DNA of 64,000 bases from Diplonema japonicum (Eukaryota > Protista > Euglenozoa: Diplonemea). Numbering within the stretch: the stretch's first letter is position 1; every line of letters starts with the position of its first letter. The stretch lies in NCBI GenBank assembly GCA_964019335.1, contig OZ025661.1, positions 620,001-684,000 on the forward strand, read 5' to 3'. Position numbers and translations under genes: made by a program. The notes beneath the pieces are model-generated. The model ran no database searches, had not been told where the DNA came from, and was given only the letters and a program-made list of their open reading frames with translations. Shown one piece after another: positions 11,102-20,868 of the stretch.

Positions 11102-11839
11102 ATGAAATATTTAACGAAAACCGTGAATGAGGGTATCGTGACATTGACGATGAATGCCGAAGGAAGGGAACCGTGGGGTACCCCCCGTGAAGAGCACAGG
11201 CTCAGCCCCGGGATGGTCTCCGATTTATCTGCCGCAATCGATGAAATAGAAAGAGACGACAGTGTCAAAGCGGTCATCCTCCGCGGGGCTGGAAAATTTT
11301 GGAGCAATGGCGTGGATCTCGGGTGGATGAAGGGCAAGCCCATCAAAGAAAGGGAAACCCTGCAGAAGCGAACTGAGGCACTTTTAGCAAGGATTCTAAC
11401 TCTGCCTGTGCCCACTGTGGCCGAATTAAACGGCCACACAGCAGCTGCTGGAGCAATGCTTGCCCTGACCTTCGACACCAGGGTCATGAACAAGGAGAGA
11501 GGTTTCTTCTTTGTCCCTGCAGTCAACATCGGCCTTGTCTACACCCCTGGCATGACAGCCCTCATGAAGGCCAAGACACCTCAGCCCATGCACAATTCTA
11601 TGATCGTCCAAGCCTCTCGGTACACCGCGGATCAACTTCTAGTTCACGGGGTTGTTTCTCACGCGGTAGCACCGTCAAGCTTGCCCTCCTTGTCCAGAGA
11701 CGTTGCTGTCAGGATGTCTTCAAGGGAGCCTTACCCGGCATTGAGGCAAACAATGGGGGCCATCAAAACTAATTTGTACAAAGAGGCTCACACTTTGCTG
11801 GTTCAGTCGGGGGTTGATATGGGGTTCAGCAAGCTTTAA
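11102..11839 (+). CDS. Peroxisomal/glycosomal enoyl-CoA delta isomerase (crotonase superfamily)
   Basis: Crotonase motifs GKFWSNGVDL and PVPTVAELNGHTAAAGAMLAL. C-terminal PTS1 SKL. Confidence 0.9.
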   Translation: MKYLTKTVNEGIVTLTMNAEGREPWGTPREEHRLSPGMVSDLSAAIDEIERDDSVKAVILRGAGKFWSNGVDLGWMKGKPIKERETLQKRTEALLARILTLPVPTVAELNGHTAAAGAMLALTFDTRVMNKERGFFFVPAVNIGLVYTPGMTALMKAKTPQPMHNSMIVQASRYTADQLLVHGVVSHAVAPSSLPSLSRDVAVRMSSREPYPALRQTMGAIKTNLYKEAHTLLVQSGVDMGFSKL

Positions 11840-12112
11840 AGAGGGGGGGTTGGGGCTTTTTTTTTTTTTTTTTTTTGGGAGAGGGAAAGAACGTATTTTT
11901 TTTTCTTCTTTTTTCTTTGGAACTGTTGTGTCTTAACTGCCATAATTCCGAGCCCGGAGTGGTCGAGGGGAAGTAGACATGAAAGTCGTTTGGTTCGCCT
12001 CGTTCGGCGTACCTGCTCAACTGCACCCACTACCGCTGTCGCCCAGTTTTTAATTATTATTATTATTCAACAAAAAGTTACAGGAAAAAGAGAGGGACAA
12101 AAAAAAAAAAAA

Positions 12113-13205
12113 ATGGCATACCGCTTCATCTACAACACCTTCTTCTACCGGAACTCCACCTACCTGATCTCTGTGGTGGCCCTTGCTGCGGCGTACGAGG
12201 AGGTGAACAGGAACCTTGCCTTCAAGTTCTGGACATACACTAACGAGGGGGTGTGTGATGGGGATAAAAGAAAAAAAAAAAAAATAGGGAGGGTGAAATA
12301 TATAGCTATTTATTAAATGAAAATCAGATAGCCTGATTTCACGCGTGCCCTTTTTGACGAGTGATTTTAAAAAAACGAGTCAAAAAGGGGACCCCAAGTG
12401 AAATCATGCTCTGATTTTATTCAATACTGCATTTTATTTAATGATGAGCTGCTCTCGAAAAGAATTTAGGTGCTGAGTGTGGCTTCGCTGCTGCCTGCTT
12501 GTAGCGGCGCAATGCGCGAGTCTTTACTGAACACGGTACTGGGTTTGGTATGATCAATTCGGCGAATTGATGTTGACGTTTATGTCAAACGTGATTCTGT
12601 GCACTGCTGAAGAAGTGGGCTGTGTCGAAGGGGGTAGGGCTGAAGGGCGTGGGTTTGATCGAGTGGTAGGTGCAAAACCTCTCCCACTCCTTCTTGTAGG
12701 CTATTTTGCCTGCCGTTGGAAGTATGTCTTCCATCACAGCTTTGGCCTCTTTCTCGAGGCTGATGCCCTTGGCTCTCTTCCCATTTTGCTAGAAATGACT
12801 GTGGGCGTGAAATAAAGTACCTGATTTTCACGCCCAGCAAAATCAGCAACGTTTGGCTTAAAAACATGAGGAAAAATCAGATACTTTATTTCACGCCCAG
12901 GTCTGGGCGTGAAATAAAGTGAAACCTGATTTATATCTTCCGGCCTAAATTCTTTGAGAGAGCTGCTCAGAATTAAATAAAAAATTTTATTTGCAGAAGA
13001 GCCAATGGCAGCTGAGGAGGAGTGTGACTGACGCCAGGACTGCTGAGGGTGAGAAGAGCACTTGGAACCTGAGCATCCACACCAGCGTTCCTTCGCCCAA
13101 CGGAGAGTATGCAAAGAAGGGGGGAAAAAAAAAGAAAAACCCCACAGCAACCTGGAGCTTCAGACCGGCGAACCCAGGTACCCCCTCACCAACCCTGGAC
13201 ACTAG
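12113..13205 (+). CDS. QCR9: Cytochrome bc1 complex subunit 9 (QCR9/UQCR10-like), 3 exons, ~101 aa
   Basis: Exons 12113-12250, 12997-13106 and 13148-13205, joined by GT-AG introns, give MAYRFIYNTFFYRNSTYLISVVALAAAYEE...FWTYTNEG|KSQWQLRR...NPGH*. The YNTFF.RNS.Y...W...N.GK pattern is typical of QCR9. Confidence 0.8.
12318..12418. repeat. Palindromic MITE-like element in QCR9 intron 1
   Basis: aaaatcagatagcctgatttcac ... gtgaaatcatgctctgatttt, with inner arms ccctttttgac / gtcaaaaaggg. Confidence 0.6.
12432..12983. mobile_element. Non-autonomous TIR element in QCR9 intron 1
   Basis: ~39-bp imperfect TIR ttttatttaatgatgagctgctctcgaaaagaatttagg / cctaaattctttgagagagctgctcagaattaaataaaa. Subterminal tgggcgtgaaataaagt repeats occur in both orientations. 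Confidence 0.65.
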
Positions 13206-13554
13206 AAAACCTGGATTTCATATTTTTTTTTCTCCTAAAAGAAAAAAAAAGTGCGTGGCATGTGAGTGTGTTGTGTTCATTTTGTATCTTTTTTTTTTTC
13301 TTTTTTTTTTCTTTTTTTTTTTCTTCTTTTATTCCCCCAGCCAATTTTTTTTTTTTCAGGGTTTTTTTTTTTTTTTTTATCACTTTTATTCCTGGGTCCC
13401 CCCTTTTTTTTTCCGTCCACAAAAAAAAAGTGTCTTTTTTTTCATAACTATCCTTCTCCCCCCTGTTCCAAAAGGAAAAAAAAAAAAGAAAAAAAAGAAA
13501 AAAAAAAAAAAAAAACCACAGAAAATCATCAGAAGAAAGAAAAAAGAAAAGAAA

Positions 13555-16500
13555 ATGCATCACCGAAAGCAAGATGCCGTCGCCTTAATCATGCAAGAGC
13601 ATAAGTCAACGCTTACAGCAGCACCAAAGCAAAGGAGCGAGCACGAGTTCGCCCAAGACGCAGAGAAGATCTCTGCGAAAATTGACGACGTGAAGAAGAA
13701 CTGGACGGAGAGGGTGGACGCCCTCAGGGAACTCCAAAGCATACTTGTCGGCGGCGCAGGTTCCCTCAGAAACTTCAAAGAAGTGATCAACGACAAAATC
13801 AGATACGGCCTGACAATACAAGTAGGCGATCTCCGCTCCCAAGTTGTCAAAGAAGCCTGTCTATGCATCATGGCAATGTGCAAGCTCACCCCCCCTGCAG
13901 TGTGGGAAGACATGGTGGCCTGGTTTGTCCCTGCGCTTATAAAACAACTCCCTGTGACAGTTCTTGCCATCTCCCTCATTGCCAACGAGGTGACAAGGTT
14001 TCTGATCGAAAACAACAGAATGTCAATGCCGGCGGTAAGACACATCATTGAAGGGACAAAATTTAAAAACGTCAAGACGCGGGTTCGATCCTTTGAGAAC
14101 CTATTCTTCCTAGTCCATTCCATGCCGCTCACACACATGCATCACACGGAACTTGACATGTTGTGTCATTGTGTCATCACAGGGCTCTCCGACACCGATC
14201 CGACGGTCCGACAGTTCTCTCGCCTTCTTTACTGGGCTTTGGAAAAAACTACCGCAAAGGCAACGGAGGTCTGGGCCCGCCTAGGCGACCAGAAGAGAAA
14301 ACAAGTCTCTGATGAAAAAAAAACTTTCATGACCCTGGACCGTTCCGTGTTGCAGCCGAAACAGAACATGTACGCAAGGGAATGGGACGGGGTTGGAGTG
14401 GTGGAGACAAAACAACAGCTTCAAGCCGAAGCAAGTTCATCTACTGTAAAAACCGTCCGGACGAGAAGCACGACCCCTTCAAGAGGTGTAGTGAGAAGCA
14501 GGAGCAGAAGCGCGTCCGCTGCAAAACCGAGCCGTGGGAACGCTCTCAGTGACTCGCGCGCTGTCAACCAGGGCACGCCCACCATGTCGAAGAAGCCGAG
14601 AATGTCCACCACAGCACCCACACCGCCTCACATCCGGCAGGAGGAACAACAGGCACTTTCACATGTCAACACGTTACCATCGCCCTCCCCGCAGCGTCCT
14701 CTTACGTTGGATGACTTGCTTCTTGGGACAAACCACCACGACTGGGAGACGCGAGCCGACTGTTATGGGAAGATCGCCTCGATGACAGCCGCGCCCGAGG
14801 CACAGTGCGCGGCAGCGCGTGTTCTGGAACACTGCACGCTGAAGCTGCACAACGATGCGCACTTCAAGGTGGGGCTCGAGATCCTTTCGTGGTATGGGTT
14901 GGAGGATTACGCCTTCGGATCCGTTAAGTGTCACGGCAGAAATCGCAAAATGATGGGCTAACAAAATTTCCGGATTTATTTGCGTCCGGGGCCCAATGTG
15001 CGACATATGGATCTTCCGGGAAAAAAAAAAAAAATCAGTGAACCTTTGGACATTTTTTTTTGATTTTTCCCTGGGGGCCCCTGGGGGAAACCACAATAAA
15101 GGCCGAGTCACTTAACGGGTCCGAAGCGAAAAAACCGGAGAAAAAAAAAAAAAAAATCTCACAGCATGCAAAAAGTTGTAGAAGCGCACCCCAAGGAGGT
15201 GCTCCCCAGTATTGAAAAGATCCTCGTCGCTGTCTTCGGTTGCATGTCGGACAAGAAGAGCATTGTGAAGGACAAGGTTTGAGTGGGGAGAAAAAAAAAT
15301 TTAAAAAAAAAAAAAAAGGCACGGACTGTGATCGACAGCATCATGGCCGCCAACACGGTGGGCACCATGTACCAAGCGCTGCTTAAGGTGCTGGACTACA
15401 ACTCTGCGAAGGTTCGCGTGTCGTGTCTCGAGTGCTTTCTGTACATCTTGAAATTCTGCGAGGACTACCTCTCGAACGGGAAGAACACCAAGCAGGGCAT
15501 CATGAAGCTCCTGGTATATGAAACTTCCAAACAAACAAAAAAAAAAAAAAAAAAAAAAAAAAAACAAAAAAAAAGAGGGTCTTGACGCTGCCTGCGGAAG
15601 GTGATGCGAAGGAAATTGAGAAGATGGCGATATCGTGCCTGCACACCATGTCGAAGACGCAGCCAACGACCTTTGTCAACGAAGCGGTGGGGCTTCAAAT
15701 GCAGCAGAAGAAAGACCTCCTTACCTATGTTGGCAAGGCGATACCGAACCTGAGAGAGGTTATGCAGCTCCACTCCCAGTCGAGGAACTCAGCAACACCC
15801 CACATCCAAGCGGCATACAAAGACCCAATGGCTGGCGCAATGGATGTTTCGCTTGTGTCAACACCTGCAACACCGCCATCCGTTCAGGTTCAAAACCCAC
15901 CCCGACGAACTTTGTCGGAACACAAGGAACCTCCCAACACCCAAACGGAAGACGGGTTGAGAATGTGGGGACAAGGCGACAGCAGTGATATCAAACAGAG
16001 GGCCTTAAGACAACTCCTTCAGTTCAAATCCAGACAAGGGCAATGGAAGGCGCATTACGGTGAGTTCATGAAACCCGTTCTCGCAACATTAAAAGACTCC
16101 GACTACGTGACACGGAGCCTGGCAGTGACAGTGGTGCAGATGGTTGTTGAAAACATGCCCTTTGAAACAACGAGGGTACTGGGAGACGTTCTGAAGGGCC
16201 TGTTTGATGCGGTCGACGACCAGCAGAGCGAGGTGTCAAGTAGAGCCAGAGAGGCTCTTTATTCTGTTGTGAAGCTCCCTGCTGATGCTGTTCTTGTAGA
16301 GCTTCTGAGGTTCTTCGGGAAGGTTTCCGACAGGGTCACCCAGATCATCCTTGTGGCCATGCTACCCAAAACCCTCCCCAATGCAAGCCCAGACGTTTCT
16401 CAGGAGTGTTATCAGACCCTTGAACCTCTTATCTTCACCACGATCCAAGCCGAGTCCACTGATCTTCGCAAGGCAGCCACCTGGTGTCTTGTCGATATTT

Positions 16501-16634
16501 ACCTGACTTGCAAACCCCTTGCTCTTGCGCTGTGCAAGCGGCTGCCCCCTGCGAAGGTTCGTCTTCTAGACTTTTATATTTCCAAGAGAGGCACGCCAAG
16601 CGATCTTGCTTCAGAACTTGCCGCTGTCATGTAA
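13555..16634 (+). CDS. CLASP: CLIP-associating protein (CLASP; TOG/HEAT), 4 exons, ~900 aa
   Basis: CLASP_N motifs NWTERVDALREL and DLRSQVVKEAC, an S/R-rich linker and C-terminal HEATs. Exons 13555-14891, 15165-15276, 15319-15513 and 15576-16634 join in frame via GT-AG introns. Confidence 0.88.
14913..15126. mobile_element. MITE in CLASP intron 1
   Basis: cttcggatccgttaagtg (14913-14930) vs cacttaacgggtccgaag (15109-15126), 17/18 inverted match. Confidence 0.65.
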
Positions 16635-16899
16635 TTTTTTTTTTTTTTTTAGAACTGTTTTGTGCTAGAGACCTCTTTAGATTTATAAACAAAAAATTGA
16701 GTATTATCTTTCCCCTTGCCCCCGTATAAAAACATCCCATCACCACCCCCCTTTTTAGACCATTCTCTTCTTCCCTTTCCTTTAGCACCCCGCCGCTCTT
16801 ATTTTTCCAGTTGTATTGTGTTTATCGTCTCTTCTCGCTGCCGAAATTGCGCTGGGTGTTAATCCACGAGATATTTATTTTGGGCACCTGGTGGCGTAA

Positions 16900-17025
16900 A
16901 GAGAGTTCGGTGAGGAGTTCAAGGGTGACTGGTTGCACATAGACATGGCATACCCTGCCACTGCCAACAACAAGAGCACTTCTTTTGGTGTTGCTTACAT
17001 TGTCTTATTATGTTGTCCCATTTAA
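16900..17025 (+). pseudogene. C-terminal fragment of an M17 leucyl aminopeptidase (NPEPL1-like)
   Basis: Translates as REFGEEFKGDWLHIDMAYPATANNKSTSFGVAYI, matching the M17 C-terminal W.H.D.A.P.....TG.GV motif. In-frame stop just upstream and no N-terminal part. Confidence 0.65.
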
Positions 17026-17031
17026 AAAAGG

Positions 17032-17108
17032 ATGACAAACTAATTTTATTTTGGGGGTTGTTAAGAGACAATGACAAACTATTTATTTTTGGGGGCTGGT
17101 AAGTGGCG
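17032..17108 (+). repeat. Diverged ~39-bp tandem duplication at the retroelement target site
   Basis: atgacaaactaattttattttgggggttgttaagagaca followed by atgacaaactatttatttttgggggctggtaagtggcg. Confidence 0.7.
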
Positions 17109-18909
17109 GTACAAGCTCCTAGCTGAGGCAGGACTGCTTCCCCTCGAAAGAATGGCGGAGGGTGCTGCGGCGACGATGACGGCGAAGGCCTTCTGCTGGC
17201 AGTCTTCCCCGGTTCACAGGGAGACGGTCAAGCTGAAGCAGGCGAACAGGCTGGGGTGTGGGTGGCTGCGCTCTGGCTACCAAGCACTGCGTCGATGCGG
17301 GTTGGAACCAAAGGTGCACTTCGAGTACCTGTCGGCTACGCCCCTGGCGGCCCCGTGGCAGACAGGCATGGCCGACTTCAGGGCTGACCTCCCCGGCGGG
17401 GTCACGCGATCGTCGCCAGACGCGGACAGGCGGAAGGCGGCCGAGGCTGCTCTTGCGGCTCTCCCCCCGGGCATCCATGCCTACACGGATGGCTCGGTTG
17501 TACAGGTCGGACAGAAGGCGAAAGGTGGCTCTGGGGTTTATCTGCAGCTGCCTCCCCCCCTGACCCCTGTGTCTGTGTGCCATGGCGTCAACGACTTCTG
17601 TTCATCTTTTCGGGCAGAGGGCATGGCTGTGAAAACGGCGCTGGATATGGTGGCTACCCTCCGAAAAACACACCCTTCGCTGGCGAAGTCCCCGCTGTCG
17701 ATCTGCACCGACTCCCTCTCCCTCGTCGAGCAGCTGCGAGCTGGCCCAACGCGACAGAGGGAGAAGCTCGACCACCAGACGTGGAGCCGGCTGGTGTCCG
17801 CGGCGCGCACGCAGGGGACACCGGTGGTCCTCCAGTTTGTGCCCTCCCACTGTGGGGTGGACGGGAACGAGAAGGCTGACGCTCTGGCCGGGGAGGGAAC
17901 GAAGCGGAAGCAGGACAGGCCCTCCCTTGACTACCGATCAGTGAGGGCCCTGGTGCGACGGTGGGTGGTGCGGAGGTCCGCGGAGCTCATAACATCCCTC
18001 GCCCACAACTACGCGGTGGCGACCGAGCTTCGGTCCGCGCACTTCCCCCTTGGCTTCCCCAGACAAGCTGAAACGGTCATCTCGCGGCTGCGGATTGGTC
18101 ACTCGGCTCTCTTCTTCGGCTTCCTGCAGACTGCTGGCCCGAACAGGAAGCACAAGGGTGTGCTCCGGTGCCCAGCCTGCCACGCAGCACCGATGTCCAG
18201 GGAGCATGTTGTCGGTGGGTGCCCTGTGATCGGGAGGGGGGCGATCGACACTCCTGCTGGTACTCCCTCCCTAGCGTTCTCCCTGTCGAGACGCGTGACC
18301 CAGATCTACGACCTCATTGTTGAGTCTGGCCTGCTCGCCTGGTCACGCTCCGGACTGTTCACCTCGCCATCATCCCTGGCGTCTACAGACGTCACTGCAC
18401 CTTCAAACGTGCCGCCCCCTCCTCCGGTCTCTCTTGACGCCGGTCCCGCGGCCCCCGTGCTGCGCTAAGGGATCGCCCGCGTGTGTGTAAAGTGAAATGT
18501 TGTGTTTTCCACTTTCCTTTCCCTTCCTTTCCCTTCCTTCACCTTCCTCTCACTGTTTCCCATTTCCCCTTTTATTTTATTTTCACACTCACCAATGATT
18601 CGCTCAATAGGAGCAATACAATACCTCCCTGGGGGGCTTTCCGCCGGAGGTTCCAGCCAAAGAAGGACATCCAGCTGGAAGGTAGGCCCCCGTTTTTCTC
18701 TCACTTGACTGAGGGAATAATGTAATTCAGCCCTCTTCGGCTGTCCCAAAGCAGAGCACGGGTTGGTGGGGGACCAGGGCTCCTCCTGCTTGCAGAAGCC
18801 TGGTCCATTGCCCTCCCTATTTCCCCATAGTTTCCCTTCACCTTTTTTTTCCCTTTTCTCAGGTGTTGCTCTCCATGGCGGCCCTGCATTGGTATTTCGA
18901 AAAAAAAAA
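17109..18909 (+). mobile_element. 5'-truncated non-LTR retrotransposon (I-group/ingi-like: RNase H + CCHC finger) with poly(A) tail and 10-bp TSD
   Basis: Open frame to 18468 with RNase H motifs AYTDGS, SSFRAEG, CTDSLS and VPSHCGVDGNEKADALA, then SRLRIGH and CPAC-x8-H-x4-C. 3' UTR, A-tail at 18900-18909, and TSD gtaagtggcg at 17099-17108 and 18910-18919. Confidence 0.92.
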
Positions 18910-18921
18910 GTAAGTGGCGTG

Positions 18922-18994
18922 AGCAGAGTGGCGCAGTGGTCAGCGCGGTGGGCCCATAACCCACAGGTCGTAGGATCGAAACCTACCTCTGCTA
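18922..18994 (+). tRNA. tRNA-iMet (CAT), initiator
   Basis: Cloverleaf AGCAGAG...CTCTGCT-A, with A1:U72, GGG/CCC anticodon stem, C33 and T-loop GATCGAAA. Oligo-T terminator downstream. Confidence 0.97.
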
Positions 18995-19057
18995 GTTTTT
19001 TTCCTCTGCTATTTTTTGACAAGATGGAGTTTTCTTTGATAGGCCGATTATAAAAAG

Positions 19058-19130
19058 TACACATGGTCGGGATTGAACCGACGATCTCTCGCGTGTGGGG
19101 CGAGCGTCCTAACCACTAGACGACACGTGC
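19058..19130 (-). tRNA. tRNA-Val (CAC), with atypical C33 and G1:U72
   Basis: Minus strand GCACGTG TC GTCT AGTGGTT AGGAC G CTCGC CC-CAC-AC GCGAG AGATC GTCGG TTCAATC CCGAC CATGTGT A, followed by CTTTTT. Confidence 0.9.
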
Positions 19131-19147
19131 CTGTGGCGTCTTAAACA

Positions 19148-19478
19148 TTTCGGTTGGTGATATATACATCGAAAATCAAATTACGTGGTGGGCAACCAGG
19201 AGTCCGAAGGTCTGATTACAAAGGTCTGCGGACTTTTGCATCACGGTGGCCGTTTTCCTAGCGTGTTGTCCTGGTCGTAGTGCCTTCCCTCTCCCTCTCC
19301 CGGCAGCCGATGCCGCTCCCGGTGCCGAGAACGCACAACCGTCGCCAGCCGCTTGCGCGTTAGGTGTCGACCGCAGGTCGGAGATCATCTCCTGCTGAGA
19401 GTCGATTGTCCTCACTTTCCCTTTCTATCTTCGCCCTCGTTTTCTGCTTGCCAATTTTTCTTTTCCTTGCCCGCAGTG
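19148..19478 (-). mobile_element. Putative insertion flanked by 13-bp direct repeats upstream of tRNA-Val
   Basis: ggcgtcttaaaca (19135-19147) and ggcgacttaaaca (19479-19491) flank GC-rich coding-like DNA (minus-strand ORF 19176-19415). Confidence 0.45.
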
Positions 19479-19584
19479 GGCGACTTAAACACTGTCATAT
19501 TTAATTGTCGATGGGTGGTCAAAAAAACACAACATTGAAATCTATTAGGTGTCCGATACAAAATCTGGGGAGGGAAGAACAAAA

Positions 19585-20868
19585 ATGCTTGCGGTAATCA
19601 CAGCAACGGTGCTAGGCCTCTCGGTGAATATAAGCAGAATTGCGGACGACACGGACGAAGCTCCGGGAGGAGGGGGCAGACTGGTGCAGCTGACGTTCCC
19701 TCGAGTATCGGGTGAGAAAGACTGCTATTTCCAAGTGGCGTACGGTGACAGGGGAATGCAGCAGATGGTGATGAAACAAACCGCTCCAGATGCCAAGTAC
19801 GCAAGTTTACAGGTGGTGGCAGAGACAGGGATGATGATAGGAGAGATAGAAGTTGACAACCTGCTACTTGAATCCGGGAGTGGGGAATGTTTCATCGCAG
19901 ACACATCGACCGATCAAACCGGTATCTACTGCAGAAACCCTCAAGGCGTGGTGACACCCATCGCGACGAACCAAAGCTCGCCGTTCAGCAACTTTGTGTC
20001 GGCGATCGATTGGGGTCAGCATGTAGTTTTCAATGGCGTGTCTGAGAACCAAGGGTACCAAGCGGGTATCTTCCTCGCTTCGCGCGGCTCCATCAGTAAT
20101 TCGTACAACCCGCTTGCCTCTTGCAAAAACACACCGTTTTCCCGTAACGCTTCCGCCTTCTTGAACTTTTTCGGAACCCCAGAGGTAGTAAGATCAGCAT
20201 CGTCGTCTCCACCTTTGGTGACAGCCTTCTTTGCCTCCCACCACACGGATGTTAACGGGGAGTACATCAATGTCCACGCCGGGGTTTTTATCTGGACTGC
20301 GGAGATTGGCCTCCGGCTTCTCCTTGAAGACCATGTGTCACCGGTGCCTTCGAGTCCTCATCTGAACAATAAGTTCTGGGGGTTCAGCGATGTCTGCACG
20401 GGTTCGAGTTCTAGAGGAGGGCTTTATGTGGCGTTTGTTGGGATCGGTACAAAAGGCGGGAAAGGCGTTTACGTGCACTATGTTGAAGCAGGGAAAACCG
20501 TGAGGCTGGCGGACACGAATCAACGCTCTCCCTCGGGCGACCCTTTTGAGGACTTCCCGTTCAACCCCTCCTGCAGCAACAACTTCGTGTCGTTCTATGG
20601 CGATGCTGGCGATTCAACAGACTCCACCCGTAGCAGTGGGCTGTATCTTGTTCTGCTTCAAGGCCCCAAAGTCAAAAAGGTCTCGATACAAACCGTACTG
20701 GTGAAGTCGCAAGGCATCGGGGGTGCGACCCTACTAGCAGCACCGCAAGCTTCAGGGGGGTCCTTGTCTGTGCCTTTGAATACGATTAGGGCCTCTGCGA
20801 AAATGTGCTTTTTTGCGCAGTTTACAAATGGGACTTATGGCGTCTTTTCCGCCTCTATCACTTTGTAG
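19585..20868 (+). CDS. Secreted protein with beta-propeller-like tandem repeats (bacterial NxxGxxAF-type repeat-like)
   Basis: ATG 19585 with a hydrophobic signal. Repeats ...VVFNG...AGIFL, VTAFFA...AGVFI, VAFVG...KGVYV, VSFYG...SGLYL and CFFAQF...YGVF. Confidence 0.7.
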   Translation: MLAVITATVLGLSVNISRIADDTDEAPGGGGRLVQLTFPRVSGEKDCYFQVAYGDRGMQQMVMKQTAPDAKYASLQVVAETGMMIGEIEVDNLLLESGSGECFIADTSTDQTGIYCRNPQGVVTPIATNQSSPFSNFVSAIDWGQHVVFNGVSENQGYQAGIFLASRGSISNSYNPLASCKNTPFSRNASAFLNFFGTPEVVRSASSSPPLVTAFFASHHTDVNGEYINVHAGVFIWTAEIGLRLLLEDHVSPVPSSPHLNNKFWGFSDVCTGSSSRGGLYVAFVGIGTKGGKGVYVHYVEAGKTVRLADTNQRSPSGDPFEDFPFNPSCSNNFVSFYGDAGDSTDSTRSSGLYLVLLQGPKVKKVSIQTVLVKSQGIGGATLLAAPQASGGSLSVPLNTIRASAKMCFFAQFTNGTYGVFSASITL

